From Podarcis filfolensis (taxonomy: Eukaryota): a stretch of DNA of 64,000 nucleotides. Of this stretch, positions 1 through 14,580 are shown piece by piece (the stretch's first letter is position 1; each line of letters opens with the position of its first letter). The notes below the pieces were generated by a model. It worked only from the letters and a program-made list of their open reading frames with translations. It was not told the origin of the DNA and ran no database searches. A program made the translations under genes and the position numbers. Location: the NCBI GenBank assembly GCA_964270895.1, contig OZ185436.1; one strand, given 5' to 3'.

Positions 1-3000
1 AGATTTAACTTCGCACCTTTTCCAACAGCTTTTTCACCTTTTAAGTGTTTATTGCAAGTGTTAACTAGAATCAGTTATCATGTTAAAAATAAACTGCATG
101 TGGAACCCTGTATATGTCAATTTAGCCCAGTAAGAAGCTTTCAAAAGAACTCTTCTCCTTCAAAAAGTAACTTTATTTACCAATGCATCTTATCCCTGTT
201 GTCTAAAGATAAGTTCAGTCCTCATTTTTCATGGGCATTGACTGAATTCATTTAAAGTTCAACACAGAGTTGAACAAAGATTTCTCAGGCAGCTTGACTT
301 TCCCACTCCATTAATGTTACCACTTAAGAATGAGGGCAGTCATCTCAATAAACTATAGTAGCTTGAAGGGACTGAAGTCCATTTTTCCACAGAGTTTGAG
401 GGTTAAGCTTTATATTTAGGAAAAACAAGAAATGTATTCATGCTAAGGGCCATCTATTCATAACAATTTTAAGTGTGCATCTAATTTTTTTTAAGTATAC
501 ATCTAAATGATTGACACATATGCACTTTTAGAAATACAGGTATCATAATACGTATAACTCAGGGATAATATTTCATGGCTAGCTTTTTATTCCATCTTTG
601 TGTTTAAATTAATATAATTTTATATGACTATAGTGCTGGCCTTTGGAATATTTGAATGTGACTGTAGTTTACTGGAATTGGTTTCAAAAATGTAAGTAGC
701 CCTGAGAGGGCGTGACCTAAAAGGTCTATAAATACCGGTACTTAATAAATAAAATAAAATAAATAGGACTTCCTTTAGCGATGACAGAAACAGACATAGT
801 TTCAAACAGATACCCTTTTTGAAAAAAAAATAAAAAAAAATACTGTATTAAAGAAAAAACCTGGGAGCCATTTTGAAACCAAGAGAGATCCTTCGTTGAA
901 TCCATATTTTGATTATTTTCTCATCATATCCATATTAATAATGTTATTTATTTATAATTTATAATGTTATTTATTTAATTTCCTTTCTTTCACCATAATG
1001 AAAAAAACAAAGATAAGATTTTATGAGCGGCATGCTGTTAGGGAGATGAAATAATTCAGCCTAATACATAAATTATAGTGATACAATACTATTAATGGAA
1101 TCTCGTCATTCTCATCATTCTCACAACGCAGATGTGAGGATTGCCTAATTGACATATTAATGAAGGAATGCATACATGGTGGAACAGCTGCAGTGGTCAC
1201 CTAGAACATTATCAAACAAATGTCCAAGGAAAGAATTCAGGACTCAGGAATTCAGTTTATTGTCACAGAGCTGTAAAATACTGCAGCTTGAATGGATTAC
1301 CGCAGGGAAGGCCAACTGGTAGCCGACAGGTAGAACCAGGCCTGCTAGATTATTCTACATGCCCCCATAAGTCCGCTGGTCTTTTCCTGCAGACCCCTGG
1401 ACAGTGTAGCACCAAGCAAAAAGAAGTAAAGAGCTGTAAGACCCACTTGGCTCAGAGAAGAAAGAAAGCAGAAAACCAAGTATTTATATTCAAACTGAAT
1501 TTCATTATCGCCAGCACTGGTTTCTAGCTTAGAGAATGATAAAACTGATCACTGCAACACCTGTGTTTCTTTCCGAGATGAATGGTGGTAAACAAAAGCC
1601 CATCAGCACTGAAAGCAGAAATTTTAAAGTGCAGTAGGAAAGCCATTGGTTAAGTTGCCTCCAAGCTGCTTGCTGGTACATCACAAGGCTTGTTGGCCTG
1701 AGAAAAGATGCCTACAGTAGCATAAAACTCACTTTATTTTGTTGGCACTTGCATTTCTATTTAAGCATCCTTTGTTCTTTTGATTAATATTTGCTATACA
1801 AAACTTTTACAGGCAGCTTTTGAAGAGACTTATTCCATTCCAGTGCACAAACTCAAGATACAAATTGGTTACGTAACATGGCTCTGAGCAGTCAGTCACA
1901 TTTATTATTCAGAAGACTAACTAAAAGTCTCAGTGCTTTCTTTCAAATATGCAGTTCTAACTTGTCAATCGTGGACTTACAGCCCTGTACTGCAATGTCA
2001 ATCTGCATCTTCACCACAACAGTGCCTTTGCAAATACTAAGGAGCTCATTCATACCATTTCATTTCATGCAGTGCTTCCCATGCAGGAATGTTGAATAAA
2101 AAAACCAAACAAAGCGAGTTTGTCAACAAGGCTGGGAGAAAGCGAAAGAGGGAATTGTTCTCAAAGTGCTCCAAAAAGTTTATTGTAGTAGTAAATGTCC
2201 AATATGTTTCAGAATGGGTTTTTTTTCTGTCTTCAGGAGCAATTCTTTTTGTAGGAACACGGCACACACCCAAACACAATTAATGCTTCCTCCTTGGCAA
2301 AATACAGATGTAAACAGTCCTAGGAATTACCGAAGTTTTTCTATCAAAGTTTCCATCTCTGGACTTGTTGGTCTCCTCTTTCCTTCTGACACATCTGCAA
2401 AATTCTATTATCAAGGAATTCCCCACATAGGAAATGTTGCTGGTTTGGCTACAGAGTACAGTACAGTCTACCTTTGGATGTTGCATCAGTATGTAGACCT
2501 TTTGCGCACTATTTCTGACTGGCCAAAACATGAGGAATATTTTATTGATATTTCCTGTAGAAGCAGCCCTTCCACTAGCACACCCTACCCATTCATCTAG
2601 GCTTACTGTTTTCCCCAGGAATTTATTTTTATTTAATATTTACAGGCTGCTTTTCAGAGTAAAACTCTCTCAAAATGGCTTAAATGACAAAAAATTAAAT
2701 TAGAGGAAGGAGTTAAGCATATGCAGTTTCGACACTATATGTGCCATTAGCTCATCAATATATTTCCTCGGAAAAGCCACATGTTTCAATGTCCAATGCT
2801 TCTGATGACTGTAAGGAACTGAATAGGAAGTAGCCTGTGAAAAGACTCCATATTCAGCAAGGATTCCTTGCTGTGCCTAAGCAAATAACAACTTACAAAT
2901 CACAATAGAGAAATCACAGTGGAGTAGCTTTAGTCTAACACAAGTTAGTGACTTAGTGATAATGGGATGAAAGTAAACAGTATGCTATTCATCAAGTGTT

Positions 3001-3713
3001 CAGATGAGATACTTTCACCAGGCTCTCCTGATCTTAAGCACTATTAAATGTAACAGTCACAGACTGAAATCTTAAGACTAGGAAATCCATTATCACCATT
3101 ACACTATTCTCCTACATTTAAAGGCTGCTTCTCTTGCAAGTGGGCAGTCAGAAGCAGTGGTGAGGCAGGGGGAGACACTCCCCACCTTCCCCGCTTCACA
3201 GGGGTAGTGCAGGAGCTAAGATTTTGAGAAGGCTTTAATCTCCTCTCATGAGCTGATGAGCAGAAAGTAAATCCTGCTGTCTTGGCTGTGCGATCCTGTT
3301 CCCTGCCCCAAACAAGGCACACAGCCAACGCAGGGCTACAATCTAGCCTCCCAACTATAGGCTGACATCACTGGTGATGTCAGCGGATGGGGAGGAGGGC
3401 GCGACATGGGGGAAATGGCCTCACATGCCAAAATGGGAGGCCCACGATTGGCCTTGTCTGTATTAAGCTTCCAATCCGTTACATATTGAAAGCTTGAATA
3501 GCTTCCTTGGATTTAGAAGGAAATGAGAGATTGGGTGCCATGAACGTATTGTTTATCTTAAACTATTTTTACCCTACTCTTCAGCTGAAAAAAATGCTCA
3601 CAGGCTTGATTAAAGATCAATAATGATCTCTTCCTTGCTCATAAGCTTACAATCTAACAGACACATTGCCAAATGGAAAAAGAATGGGGACACCAAGCAT
3701 CAAACCCCTAAAG

Positions 3714-3849
3714 CAGGCATGGCCAAACTTGGCCCTCCAGCTATTTTGGGATTACAGTTCCCATCATCTCTGACTACTGGTCTTGTTAGCTAGGGATGAT
3801 GGGAGTTGTACTCCCAAAACAGCTGGAGGGCCAAGTCTGGCCATGCCTG
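3714..3849. mobile_element. 136-bp palindromic hAT-type MITE
   Basis: TIRs caggcatggccaaact / agtctggccatgcctg; perfect 8-bp TSD ccctaaag (3706-3713, 3850-3857); internal arms are also self-complementary. Confidence 0.9.
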
Positions 3850-5130
3850 CCCTAAAGGATCTCACCCAGCAGTTTCATGTAGATATTAAGTAGCATGGAG
3901 GACAAAATCCATGCACACATTTTTCTATTTCTTCCTTTTCTTGTCACAGAACTTAGTTGCCTACTGATCTAGATCATCAGTGAGAAGCTTCCAAAGGTTT
4001 CTACTATATTGTTATTTTTGTCCTCAAAAATTCTTACACACTGACTACTGGCTTTAAGGGGAGCCAAAGAAAGTGGTCTCTTTCAGCATTAAATATTAAG
4101 AGACCTGCTTTATCTAGCTGAAGGTTATGAACACTAAGTAAGCGATCAAGTTTCTTCTTCAACTATAAGACATCACATGATTAACTTTACTTACTGCTCC
4201 AAGCCATGCTATAGAGGCTGCTTTCAGGGAAGCTAGTAATGGAATATCTGAGAGGGAGTACTTTGAGATTGTATAAAATGAACTGCACTGGGGCTCATAT
4301 TTGCCCACAAGTCATGATCTCTGCTCTGGAAGCCCTTATCCTATCTCTGACAAGTTGTTTGTAGCTTCCCACTAATGAGGAACAGGAACTGCAGATGCTA
4401 AAGCCATCATACTCTCTTCATTATTATTACTTTACACATTCATGGCTGAGCCCTGACATTCATAATAAGTTCTGGGGCTCAAAACCAACTCAAATCAAAC
4501 CCAGATAGAATCAAGAGAAAATGACTCTGTTTAGACGGTAATCAAAAACATGGTTCAAATTATAACAAACCAACTTTGGTGTATTTGGGTCTCACACACC
4601 CCACCCATACTGCTTCGTACATGAGAGATGGAGAGAGAACGCTTCTGCTCTCACTTTTAACTAAACTACAGCTTCCCAGTCTGAATCTGGGGAACCATAG
4701 TTTATTCTATGGCTAGCTGTTTAAAACAAACCAGGACCAAACGGGTGTAAAAATGAAATTGAGCATGAAAATGAAAGTGGGTGCCATTAAAAGTGAACTT
4801 GCAAGACTATTTGTGGGCCCAGGAGCAGCAAGCCTTTGGCTGTCAAGGTAGAACCAGGGTAGTGGTAATAATGACAGGACTAGCAACTTGGGATCTAATA
4901 GGCCACAACTTTATTGATTCTAGATGTCAGTGGGCTTTGGCTCAGGCATTAAGGTTTGTATTCTGAATCAAACAGGTGCTGGTTGATTATTCCTTCAGAG
5001 TAGTTCCTGGGTTAATGGCTGCCCTGTGACACACATCAAATCCAAGCGATCCCTACAGGATGCCATTTGTGGGTGCTCTATGGGCCACTATCTCCTGTCT
5101 TGGCATTTGGACAGAAGCAGCCCCACTTGG

Positions 5131-5530
5131 TGGACCATAAAGAAGGCTGATCGCCGAAGAATTGATGCTTTTGAATTATGGTGCTGGAGGAGACTCTTGA
5201 GAGTCCCATGGACTGCAAGATCAAACCTATCCATTCTTCAGGAAATCAGCCCTGAGTGCTCACTGGAAGGACAGATCATGAAGCTGAGGCTCCAATACTT
5301 TGGCCACATCATGAGAAGAGAGGACTCCCTGGAAAAGACCCTGATGTTGGGAAAGATTGAGGGCACAAGGAGAAGGGGACGGCAGAGGACGAGATGGTTG
5401 GACAGTGTTCTCAAAGCTACCAGCATGAGTTTGACCAAACTGTAGGAGGCAGTGGAAGACAGGAGTGCCTGGCGTGCTCTGGTCCATGGGGTCACGAAGA
5501 GTGGGAAACGACTAAACGACTAAACAACAA
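5131..5530 (+). mobile_element. 5'-truncated RTE-BovB LINE (3' end of ORF and tail)
   Basis: Peptide WTIKKADRRRIDAFELWCWRRLLRVPWTARSNLSILQEISPECSLEGQIMKLRLQYFGHIMRREDSLEKTLMLGKIEGTRRRGRQRTRWLD; tail aaacgactaaacgactaaacaacaa; perfect 13-bp TSD cagccccacttgg (5118-5130, 5531-5543). Confidence 0.95.
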
Positions 5531-7949
5531 CAGCCCCACTTGGACCCCTTTAATTGGGTACCCTAATCCCTAGGAGTGGGGAGGGAATTAGAGCTCCGGC
5601 CACCCCCTCCGCTTAGTCTAGGAATCCAACCCAATGCATTAACTGCACGCAAGTTGTGACAGTTGCTATGAGAAATGAAATCTCTCCCCCCCCCCCACAA
5701 GCCCAATTTGTCTGCAGGCAAATTCCTCCCTGGTTCTGAATATGGTGCCCAAATAAATCCACCACAAGCTCTAAGCATGCCCTGCTTGCTCACCTTCAAG
5801 CAGGGCCAACGATAAGTTAAGGGCGGGGGGGAGGTAGGAAGTCCATCGACAAATGCGCTGCTGAGAGCAGGCACAGCCATCTTTTAAAAGTTATGTAGTG
5901 GTGGACCTGAGCGAAGTCAGTCACCTTGCCTGCAACTGACCAGTTTAAATTTAAATTTTGTGGGTGAGTTCTAGCTGCTCCTGTGGCTGACGGAGGACAT
6001 GATGGATCGCCCTTCCAGCTGTGGCTATTCCACAACTGCTACATACCACCGATGACAGTACGCAGACTTTCTGCTTGTTTTCAATATTGAAAGATTCTGC
6101 AGTTGCCTTATGTATTACATTTATACCCTGGCTTTCCTCCAGAGATCTCAAGGTGATATACACACAGAGAAAGGGCAAACATTTCAGTTTACTATCTAGA
6201 CAAGTACTATCATTTTACTATCCTGACAAGATCTATCTGCAGGTAGATCCTAATGCCTTTTCCCCACTGATTCTATTTAAAGACACTTTTCCATTCCAGT
6301 AGATTTTAACAAAAACCAGGGAAGTAGAGAAGGAAGAATCAAAGCAGACTCTCCTCTTGCCCTTCTTCCTGCACATATTGTCAGACCATTACAGTTTTCA
6401 GATTTCAGCTGTCTACCTATATTATTGCACCTGTCACCTCATGTACTCTGCGTTCCTACTCCATCTACTAAACTCTTCTATTTACTGTTTCATTTTGTTC
6501 TCTCAGCTTTAGAGATGTCATTAAGATGCTATTTCCTAACATTGTATGTAGATACCTTGCTGACCCTGGAAGTTTCTCATTCTGTTGTTAAGCAAATGGG
6601 TTCCCTCGGCTGAGTGCAAAAACATCCCTTGTGCCAAAGACGATGAATGTAGCTATTGCTGCACATTCATTCAATATATCACAACCATTGTTCCATTTAG
6701 TACATACAACTGTTAATACAACTATGACTGTTCTCCAGTTTTCAGCATACCTCAAGTCTGTAAGAAACCAATACACTAGAGAAATTCAGTGCTCAACAGA
6801 GAGGGCAGCTGAACTTTGAGAGCAGTTAGAATTTCTCGCTGCTCTTCATTCGTGGTTCTATAGCTTTAGGGTGATGATGACTCCTTAACCACTGTTAAAG
6901 AGGTGGTTTGAGTTTGCACATAACACTAATCTCTGGTTAATATCACCTAAGGTTTATGAACCAACTGTAAACCTTCATTAACAAGCAACCCTAACTATAG
7001 TTTAAAAACGGCAGCTGGACTGCATTTACACATAATGCCAAGCCATGGTCTAATAGACCATAGTTTAATAAAACATGGTTTATTGCTATGTGAGAACCAG
7101 GCCAGTAAATTGCTCAAGGCCATTCAGAAAATTTGAAAGACAACCAGGGACTTCCTAAACCCAGACCCAACACTCTACCCCTCTCAAACAGGAAACAAAT
7201 TTAACTAAAATAGGACTAGAATCCTAATTGAAGCTCGAACATCCCCCCCCCCTTTCTGGGTTTAGATGTGGCATTTGAAAAGTCATTCTATAATACCACA
7301 ACACAAAAAATTATTTAAGATAGGACAACAACAGAGAAGAAACATAAATTTTATTTCAGCCAAAATTAAATTTAATAAAGACATCTGTTGGATGCAAGAA
7401 TGAAAAAACAAGATCCTTAGAACCATCTTGTCTTAGACCATGCCAATTCTCCTAAGCAGTCTCTCTTGCCAACAAACAGAAACTCTGTATTTTCCATTAT
7501 GAAGCAGAGCCAACTGACTCTTAATCCAGATCTCTACTCCCACTTGGCAAAAGCTGAGGAGCAGAAAAGCAAGGAGCTAATATAGTGAGGCAAAATGAAT
7601 TGATCCAGCCAGTTACTCCAGAATTATGGCTGTTCCCCATCTACAAAAAATTGTCATTCCTGGTGAACAATGGAAAAATTACCATTTGCACTGCAGTGTT
7701 AATATGCCAGAGATGCCTCCCCATATATCATCAGAGAACACTAAAACTCTATGCAAGCTGTTGAATAATGCACACAACTGCCAGTTAAACTATTAGGGCA
7801 TGCTTAGAAACAGTGAAGTAAATTGTCACACATGAACAAAGATTATCTACTATCCCTGCTGCTGCCACTAAGCATAGTTTGGAACCCATACAGTTGGCAA
7901 ATGATGCACAGAAAAGTGGCAGAATCCCTGACCAAAGGATGTACAAAAT

Positions 7950-9060
7950 CTACGTTTGAAAGAGACGAGTTGGAGTGAGAATTCAAGATTGCTTAATAGT
8001 GATGACAGGGTAGGATGAGGGGAATTGGTTGGTAGTGGAAGGTTAGGGGTGATTCAATTGAGCCACTATTGAAGAAGTGGGTCTTGGGAAATAATTTAAG
8101 GTCAAGGGGAGTAGGCTTGATGAACAGAGATGTTGTTCCAGCAGGCACAGGAAGCACATCACAGAAAGTAAGGTCAGAGTAGAAGGAAGACATAAAAGCA
8201 AGTTTGACGGAATATGAAGGATCCTGAGAGAGGTAGCAAGAAGTGGTATTATGAGATAAGAAAGAGATGGTACAAAGAGGCAGTGGATGGGAGTGGGGAG
8301 CTTTTAAAGTATGGCCTATAGAAACTTGTCCTTCATGAGGAGTGACAGAGAGTCAATACAAGGTTTAAAGAAATTGGTGGTGTAATGGTTAGCATTAGGT
8401 GATAAAGTGGGTGGACAAAGAAAGGAAGAAAAGTGAATTCAAGATGCAGGAGATGGCAAAGATGCAGAGGTTGTTGTGGTACTCCAGTTGTGCTACACCC
8501 TTCCCAAGTTATATGGTTGGCACCAACTTTAGAAGTCTTAATTTTCTTAGAAATTCACAGGATATTAGTTGCTTAGTGTGAAGTCACTTTGTGGTTTTGA
8601 AACTGTCAGATGTATTTATGTACATTATCAGCTTTCAGTTATTTTGTTACTGAAATTTATTTGTGGCTCTTTTAAACTGAGTTTTATTATACCCCAGTCT
8701 GAGATAATCGACGGTGAAGGCGGGGTTTGAAATGTAAGGAAGGAAGGAGGGTATAGGACATGGAATATAAAATTTTCTAGACCCAGAGATGGGGCAAGGT
8801 GAGGGAAGAGGGAGAGAGGACATAGGATAAGGGCAGGGTACGTGGAGATGGATGTAAACCTATACTGGATCTTGCTAAGCATCTTGCAGAAGTGTAAGAT
8901 ATTGGACTGTGTGGGAGAAAGATGTGAAAGCTTGAAATACTTACAAAAGAAACAGCAGGGCTACTGTGCAAAGAAGGGACGAGGGGTAGATTAGTTTAAC
9001 AAGGAGGAGAGAGTAAATTGACAGTGCATAAGGTCAACATGGTCTTTCCTAAGAGGCGTC
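7950..9060 (-). mobile_element. Old L2-like LINE relic
   Basis: Strongly purine-skewed plus strand; short minus-strand peptides rich in L/P/S/H, typical of decayed L2 ORF2. Boundaries approximate. Confidence 0.5.
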
Positions 9061-10735
9061 CAGCAAAGTGGTAACAGAAACAGAAAACAGATGAAGCTTT
9101 GGACGTTAGCATGAAACACAGAATTATAATCAGAATGAGGTCAGTTTTCTTGACATTGGCAAGAAAAATCCATAAGAGGCCAGGCTAAGTTAACTAGCCT
9201 CTTGAAAAGTCTTCTTTATTTTAACAGCTTTCCTGTAAGTTAAAGGAAACAGAATAATCAACATTCTCTTACACATCTTAACCACCAAATGTTTCATACA
9301 TGTAACTGAGAAGATCTGAGTCTCCCATCACCCACCTTAAAGGAAGTAACTTCAATACAAGTTCTGCAGAAAACATCAGGGCACTTGAAGATCATAACAA
9401 CAGGCACCCCCAAATAATAAGCATCTTACCTTCTTATACTGAGGCAAAGCCCCTTGCTTTTGTCTCTCCCTGTCAGGATAGCACCTTCTTTATTGAGAAA
9501 AACACTATTATGACTGCCTTAAAAACTCTTCCTTTTAGAAGTAATGGATGCTGCTTAAAAGATAGTCCATAACCTGTGTGTCCTGGGGATGGGTCAGATA
9601 TTATGGGATGTAAAGGATTTATGTTCAACTCAGAGTGTTTTCTTTGAGAGTCCCTTAGGCATTTCACTGCAAGAAAATGACTACATTCTTTCAGTTCTTG
9701 AGCCTTACCTTACCACAGTGCTAACAATGCACATTTTGTCAAGAATGTCCTGATATGCCCCAAGGCACTTTTTCCCCAAATACATTTCTTATTTCTAATG
9801 TGATTGGACATGTACTCCCAGCCTTAGGTGACTTGAGATGCAGCATTTTACATTAACAGTGGCTACTTTAGATATAAGCAGAGTACTACAGCATACCTAA
9901 GATACTTATTAATGAATCTCTATTATTCAAAATGATTGGGATCTTTAAGTGTTTTATTGTGTCATGGCTTACTACTTATCAACTGATCACTATCACAAGC
10001 AATTTATTTATTTAGTTAAAAGCATTTATAAACTGCTTAATATTTTAAAACCTCTAAGTGGTATACACCATGAAAACAACATTATCACTGAAACCAAAGT
10101 ACAGCATAAAGGCAGTAAAATGATAGTACTAAAGCATATTAAAAACAGGAATTCAAACAAGTGAAAATTAGGTTCTAATCTATGGGTCAGGGAAAACCTG
10201 GGCAAAAAGTCTGTCTCTACAAGACGTTTGATGCAACTCACATTTGCCGCTTCTTGTATGGCAGACAGAAGAGTATTTCATAGTATAGAGGCAATAGTGG
10301 AAAATGCCCATTTTGGGGTTGCTGCCCTATGATATTCTATACGGTATAGTACCATGAGTAGAATTCCCACAAGTCTATACAGGGGCAGGCTGTCTTTCTC
10401 ATAAATTTGCCACAAGTTGTTCATGGCTTTATATATTAACAACAAGACTGTGAGCATGGCCCATAGCAGATCGGCAGTCAGTGCAGTTTCCTCAGAACAG
10501 ATGTAATATGTGCACATGCAGGTGTTGCACTCAACAACCTGGCCACAGCATTCTGCATCAGCTACAGCTTTCAGACTAATCCCAAGGGAAGCCCCAAAAA
10601 GAGGGCACCACAGTAGTCCAATCTGATTAAGAGGATGGGCTAGGCATATGCAGCCCCTCACAGTTGTTCCTGTCTCTCACCTAGAAAGCAACCCAATCAA
10701 CAAGTCAAACTACCAGGGGGCAGCATCCTTGCCTG

Positions 10736-10975
10736 CAGTGGTGTCCAAACTTTTTTTCAAAGAGGGCCAGATTTGATGAAGTGAAGGGCCGTGGGGGCCA
10801 ACCAAAGAGCCAAACAAAGTTGTTGACCTTTTTTTAGGACTGAAGTTGTTGAGCTTTTCTTATCTTGTTGGGCATTTTTTAGGATTTTACCCCAGGAAAT
10901 AAACTGCCACAGGGGGCGGATTAAACCAACCAGCGGGCTGGATCAGGCCCCCGAAACAGACTTTGGGCATAACTG
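10736..10975. mobile_element. hAT (Charlie-like) non-autonomous element
   Basis: Imperfect TIRs cagtggtgtccaaact / actttgggcataactg with gggcc...ggcccc subterminal motifs; TSD not conserved. Confidence 0.65.
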
Positions 10976-12514
10976 CCCTACTAGAGGTTCCCACAGCAAC
11001 AACACTAAAAGGGTGTCTTCCCTTTTTGCGTGTTGCCAGGCCTGCTGCCCAAAGCAATGCTCCTTTTAAACCCCAGTGGGGCAGCTAGTAAAGTCAGACA
11101 TGGGCATCTGCCATCAGGAACTGGCTGGCCCCTCTAGGAAGACAAATTGTCTTGCAGAGCCAAACTGCCCTGCAAGGGTACTACAGGCAGAAACAAGCAG
11201 GCAGCAGCTGCTAAGTGCAGTATTCACTTTCCACCTGGGTGAGGCAAGGGGTGGGGGGTAGGGGGTGCTAACACAGTGCTCCTCAGATGGATCAAGAGAG
11301 CTTTACCAAGAACCAATAGAACACTTATCAATGCAGTGTAGGGAATTGGACATACCAGGGAATCTGGAAACCCATAATGACAAATGAAACGCCTTCCTCT
11401 GCTGCACTGTCCCACTTTCTCCATCACATTCTGATCTGCTTCAGGCAATCACAGTAACTGTCTTGCTTCTGCAGTTCCTGCTGCACATGATGCCTCTGCA
11501 GCATTTCTAAATGGATTTTACAAGTACTTTGTAGAGACAACCGACTCCATTCAAAAGACCCCTGAGAAGCAAACAGCCTCTACAGCACTACATCTGCCTG
11601 CTCCTTCATAGGTTAAAGCCATCAAACACTGATCGTGCCATTTGGTGATTATATTATTTTGAGTAATTATAGCATCTGACCACAAAATATTTCAGGTTTC
11701 TGTATCTGCTCTAGTACATACTGTTGATACTATGCTGCTTCCAAAGATTAAGAAATACAGAATACAGAACATACAGAAATACAGAACAAATAAAGCAATA
11801 TATATTCACTGCACTAACCAAATAATTCAACACACACAGAGAAAACATCCCAGTGATTACTAGTCACAGGTTTGTTTTCATTTCCTAGTTGAAAAAAAAT
11901 TCAATTTAATTATTGGTTGGATGTTTGAACTGAAATTAAAACATTAATACACACTTCAACTACAATGTAATTTTGTTAAGAGATTACAGTGATGATTAAT
12001 GTCACGGACTGACAACTCTGATGAGTTATGTCAAATACTAAGCTCATCTTCAAGAAAGGGCTAGGCCTATACATATTACATCCTCAGATAACCCTGCAAC
12101 TGAAGACTCTTGATGGGCGCATGCATGCTGTGAAATCATAGTCAGAGCCAAAGAACCATAGTATCAGTCTTGCCAGAATTTACCTTCTGCTTGATTATGT
12201 GAATTAACTAATCAGTATTCCAATATAAGAACAAGATGCAGCTTAAGATGAACAAGATGGATTCAAGTTCAGCAACAGAATTGTGCAAAATTACAAGAAG
12301 CCTAGAATAATGTAAGCTAATTTTAGTTTTTGTGATGTGATGGTAATTAAAACATAAGTGAAATATAATATAATAAATATTTGCCAGTTTTTACTATGCT
12401 GCCATACCTCAAATCTATGTTCACCCAGGGCAAGATTAATCACCTGCTTAACTCTCAAATATCTCCCCTCCCATAATTTCAATTTCTGGGGGAAATATTA
12501 ATGTCATGTCAGTA

Positions 12515-13052
12515 GGGAGGAGTTAGTGGCAGAATCCATGTTTGCTTCCAAAAGGTGCTGCTTCAGTCCTTGCTATCTCCAGGTAGGGTTGGGGAAGTTT
12601 CCTATCTGAAACCCCAGAGAACCACTGCCAGATGTGTAGACCGGGGTGACTATCCTTTTACTTGGTTCAAGGGCCACTTTCATCCTTCACAAAACCTCTG
12701 GGGCCACATGCCAGCAGTGGGTTTGGCCACTCTACACTCTCACATATACTCAGGCACAAATGCCCCTTATTGGGAAGGGTGGGCTATTGCATCTAGTCTA
12801 CTCATGAAAGTATCATCATGATGACTGGGGAGGGGTGGTTTGCAACCCCATCAGAGTGCTGGGCTCTGTCTACCCCAGTGCTGTGCCCACAATTTTCCCC
12901 TCCTTTTTTGTTTCCACCATTAAAATCAGTGATATCATGGCAGAACAGAAAAATTTGCTTTGGGGCTGGATTAGGCCTTCATACCAGTTAGCCACCCCTA
13001 CTGAACTAGAAGAAGCAGTGGTCTAATTCCACATAAGGCTGCTTCCTTGTAC
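12515..13052 (+). mobile_element. Squam2-like tRNA-derived SINE, apparently split by another insertion
   Basis: 5' part agtggcagaatcc...tctccaggtagggttggggaag...ctgaaaccccagagaaccactgccag (12515-12660); 3' part ctgaactagaag...ggtcta...ataaggctgcttcct (about 13000-13052); unrelated sequence between. Confidence 0.55.
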
Positions 13053-13329
13053 TAGGAAGGGGATCTCCTATTTTGATAATGCAGAACTCCACAGGAAAGA
13101 ACAGTGATTATCTTAGATGCTTTCACTTATAAATTCAGTGGTCTGGGCATGAATGTTAATTACAGTTATTCAATACATGGAGCACCTTGATGAGGAACAA
13201 AGAACCCCCACACTACCCAAATGTTGAATAATGTGCTCAGCTGTTTAAAAATACTAATTTATGCATACTCATAAACAGCAGAATACAGAGCACACATATT
13301 TAGGTATTCTAATTCAGTTCCCTCAGGGC

Positions 13330-14495
13330 TCCAGGGAAATACAGATAACATTTCCATTTTGATAAAATTGCATCATAATTTTGTTTACCTTTCTGCAAAT
13401 TGCTACAGTGGACATTTAGCCATTAAAGCCATCTACCAAATTTCATGAAATCTGCCTTCTAATGAAGGAGAGGGGGACTTTTCCTGATTTTCAACTAATA
13501 ATCTTGCCGAACTCAATAAATTTAATATTAACTCATCGTGACTCTAACTTGAAAAGGCTAAATATCTTATAATAGAGGTCAGGAACAGGCAATCATCAGG
13601 CTGAATAAAAAAATTGAAGGATTCTGTCTATCCCTCTGTTTGCCACCATTCCTCTGGTACTGGTTAGCAGGGTCTAAACAATAAAAAATAACAACCAGTG
13701 GGTCACAATAAATATTATGTCTTGTTATAAATGATCTTAATAACTTTCCTCCAATACTCTTTAGGGTATAATTGACAAGGTAAGTAAGACATATTTTTTA
13801 GAAACTTGCATCAGGTAGGGGATGGGGTATATTTTTCCCTGTGCACTTAAAGAACAACCTATTCAAATATTGCTGTTGTCGTGTACATGTAGAGAAATTA
13901 GACAATTTTACCATTACTCTGAAATCGTCTTCCCATTTACCATTATGGGTTTGTTTTCATTCTGCAACATTTGATTATATTTAGACAATCTTCCTTTTAT
14001 TCCCATTTCTGAAAATGTAGCTAACTCCAGTTCTTCATTTCTTCTAATATTCCAAAGACATTAGTATATGATAAAACAATATACCTAACTTCTGTCAGGA
14101 AAATATAGCTTTCTTATGCTATAGAATTTGATAGTATTAAATGGGCTTTGGAGCTAGTTTCTTCCAAATCTTTCTACAACTCTCTCAATTGTGACTCAGC
14201 AGCTTCATTTGGCACTGTGTTCCATTAATGAATTGTGACAAAGTATTTCTTCTGTTTCAGGTATGCAGACTTTCCCTTTTTGTGAATGATCCTAAGCTCT
14301 TACATTCAACAATAGTTCTTGAAATACATTTTCCTAAAACTCGCTCATGTTTTGAATCTTTTGTGCTACCTATTCCTTACATGTCTAATTTTAATGGTAT
14401 ATAATATTGTATTTTTTCATTCTCTTTGTAAGACTTCTTCATGAGCACAAACTTACTAACAATCTCTGAGTCACCTACAGTTTTGCATTCTTCAT
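13330..14495 (-). mobile_element. Highly decayed L1-clade LINE ORF2 3' region
   Basis: T-rich plus strand; broken minus-strand frames give L1 C-terminal-like fragments (e.g. KIIS*KSGKVPS). Boundaries approximate. Confidence 0.5.
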
Positions 14496-14580
14496 AAAGT
14501 GGTCTTCAGGATAAGAACAGTTTCAGGTTAAGAACGGACCTCTGGAACGAATTAATTACGTAACCAGAGGTACCATTGTA
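14496..14580. mobile_element. Terminal fragment of the Tc1/mariner MITE family seen complete at 57271-57512
   Basis: ttcaggttaagaacggacctctggaacgaatta...gaggtaccattgta is the reverse complement of the 57271-57340 end. Confidence 0.85.

Noticed and set aside
2861-2879. Perfect small palindrome cagcaagga-t-tccttgctg
   Set aside because: 9-bp arms with a 1-nt loop; too short to separate from chance or a MITE remnant.
11247-11266. G-rich run resembling a G-quadruplex
   Set aside because: Only three clear G-tracts; common in vertebrate introns.
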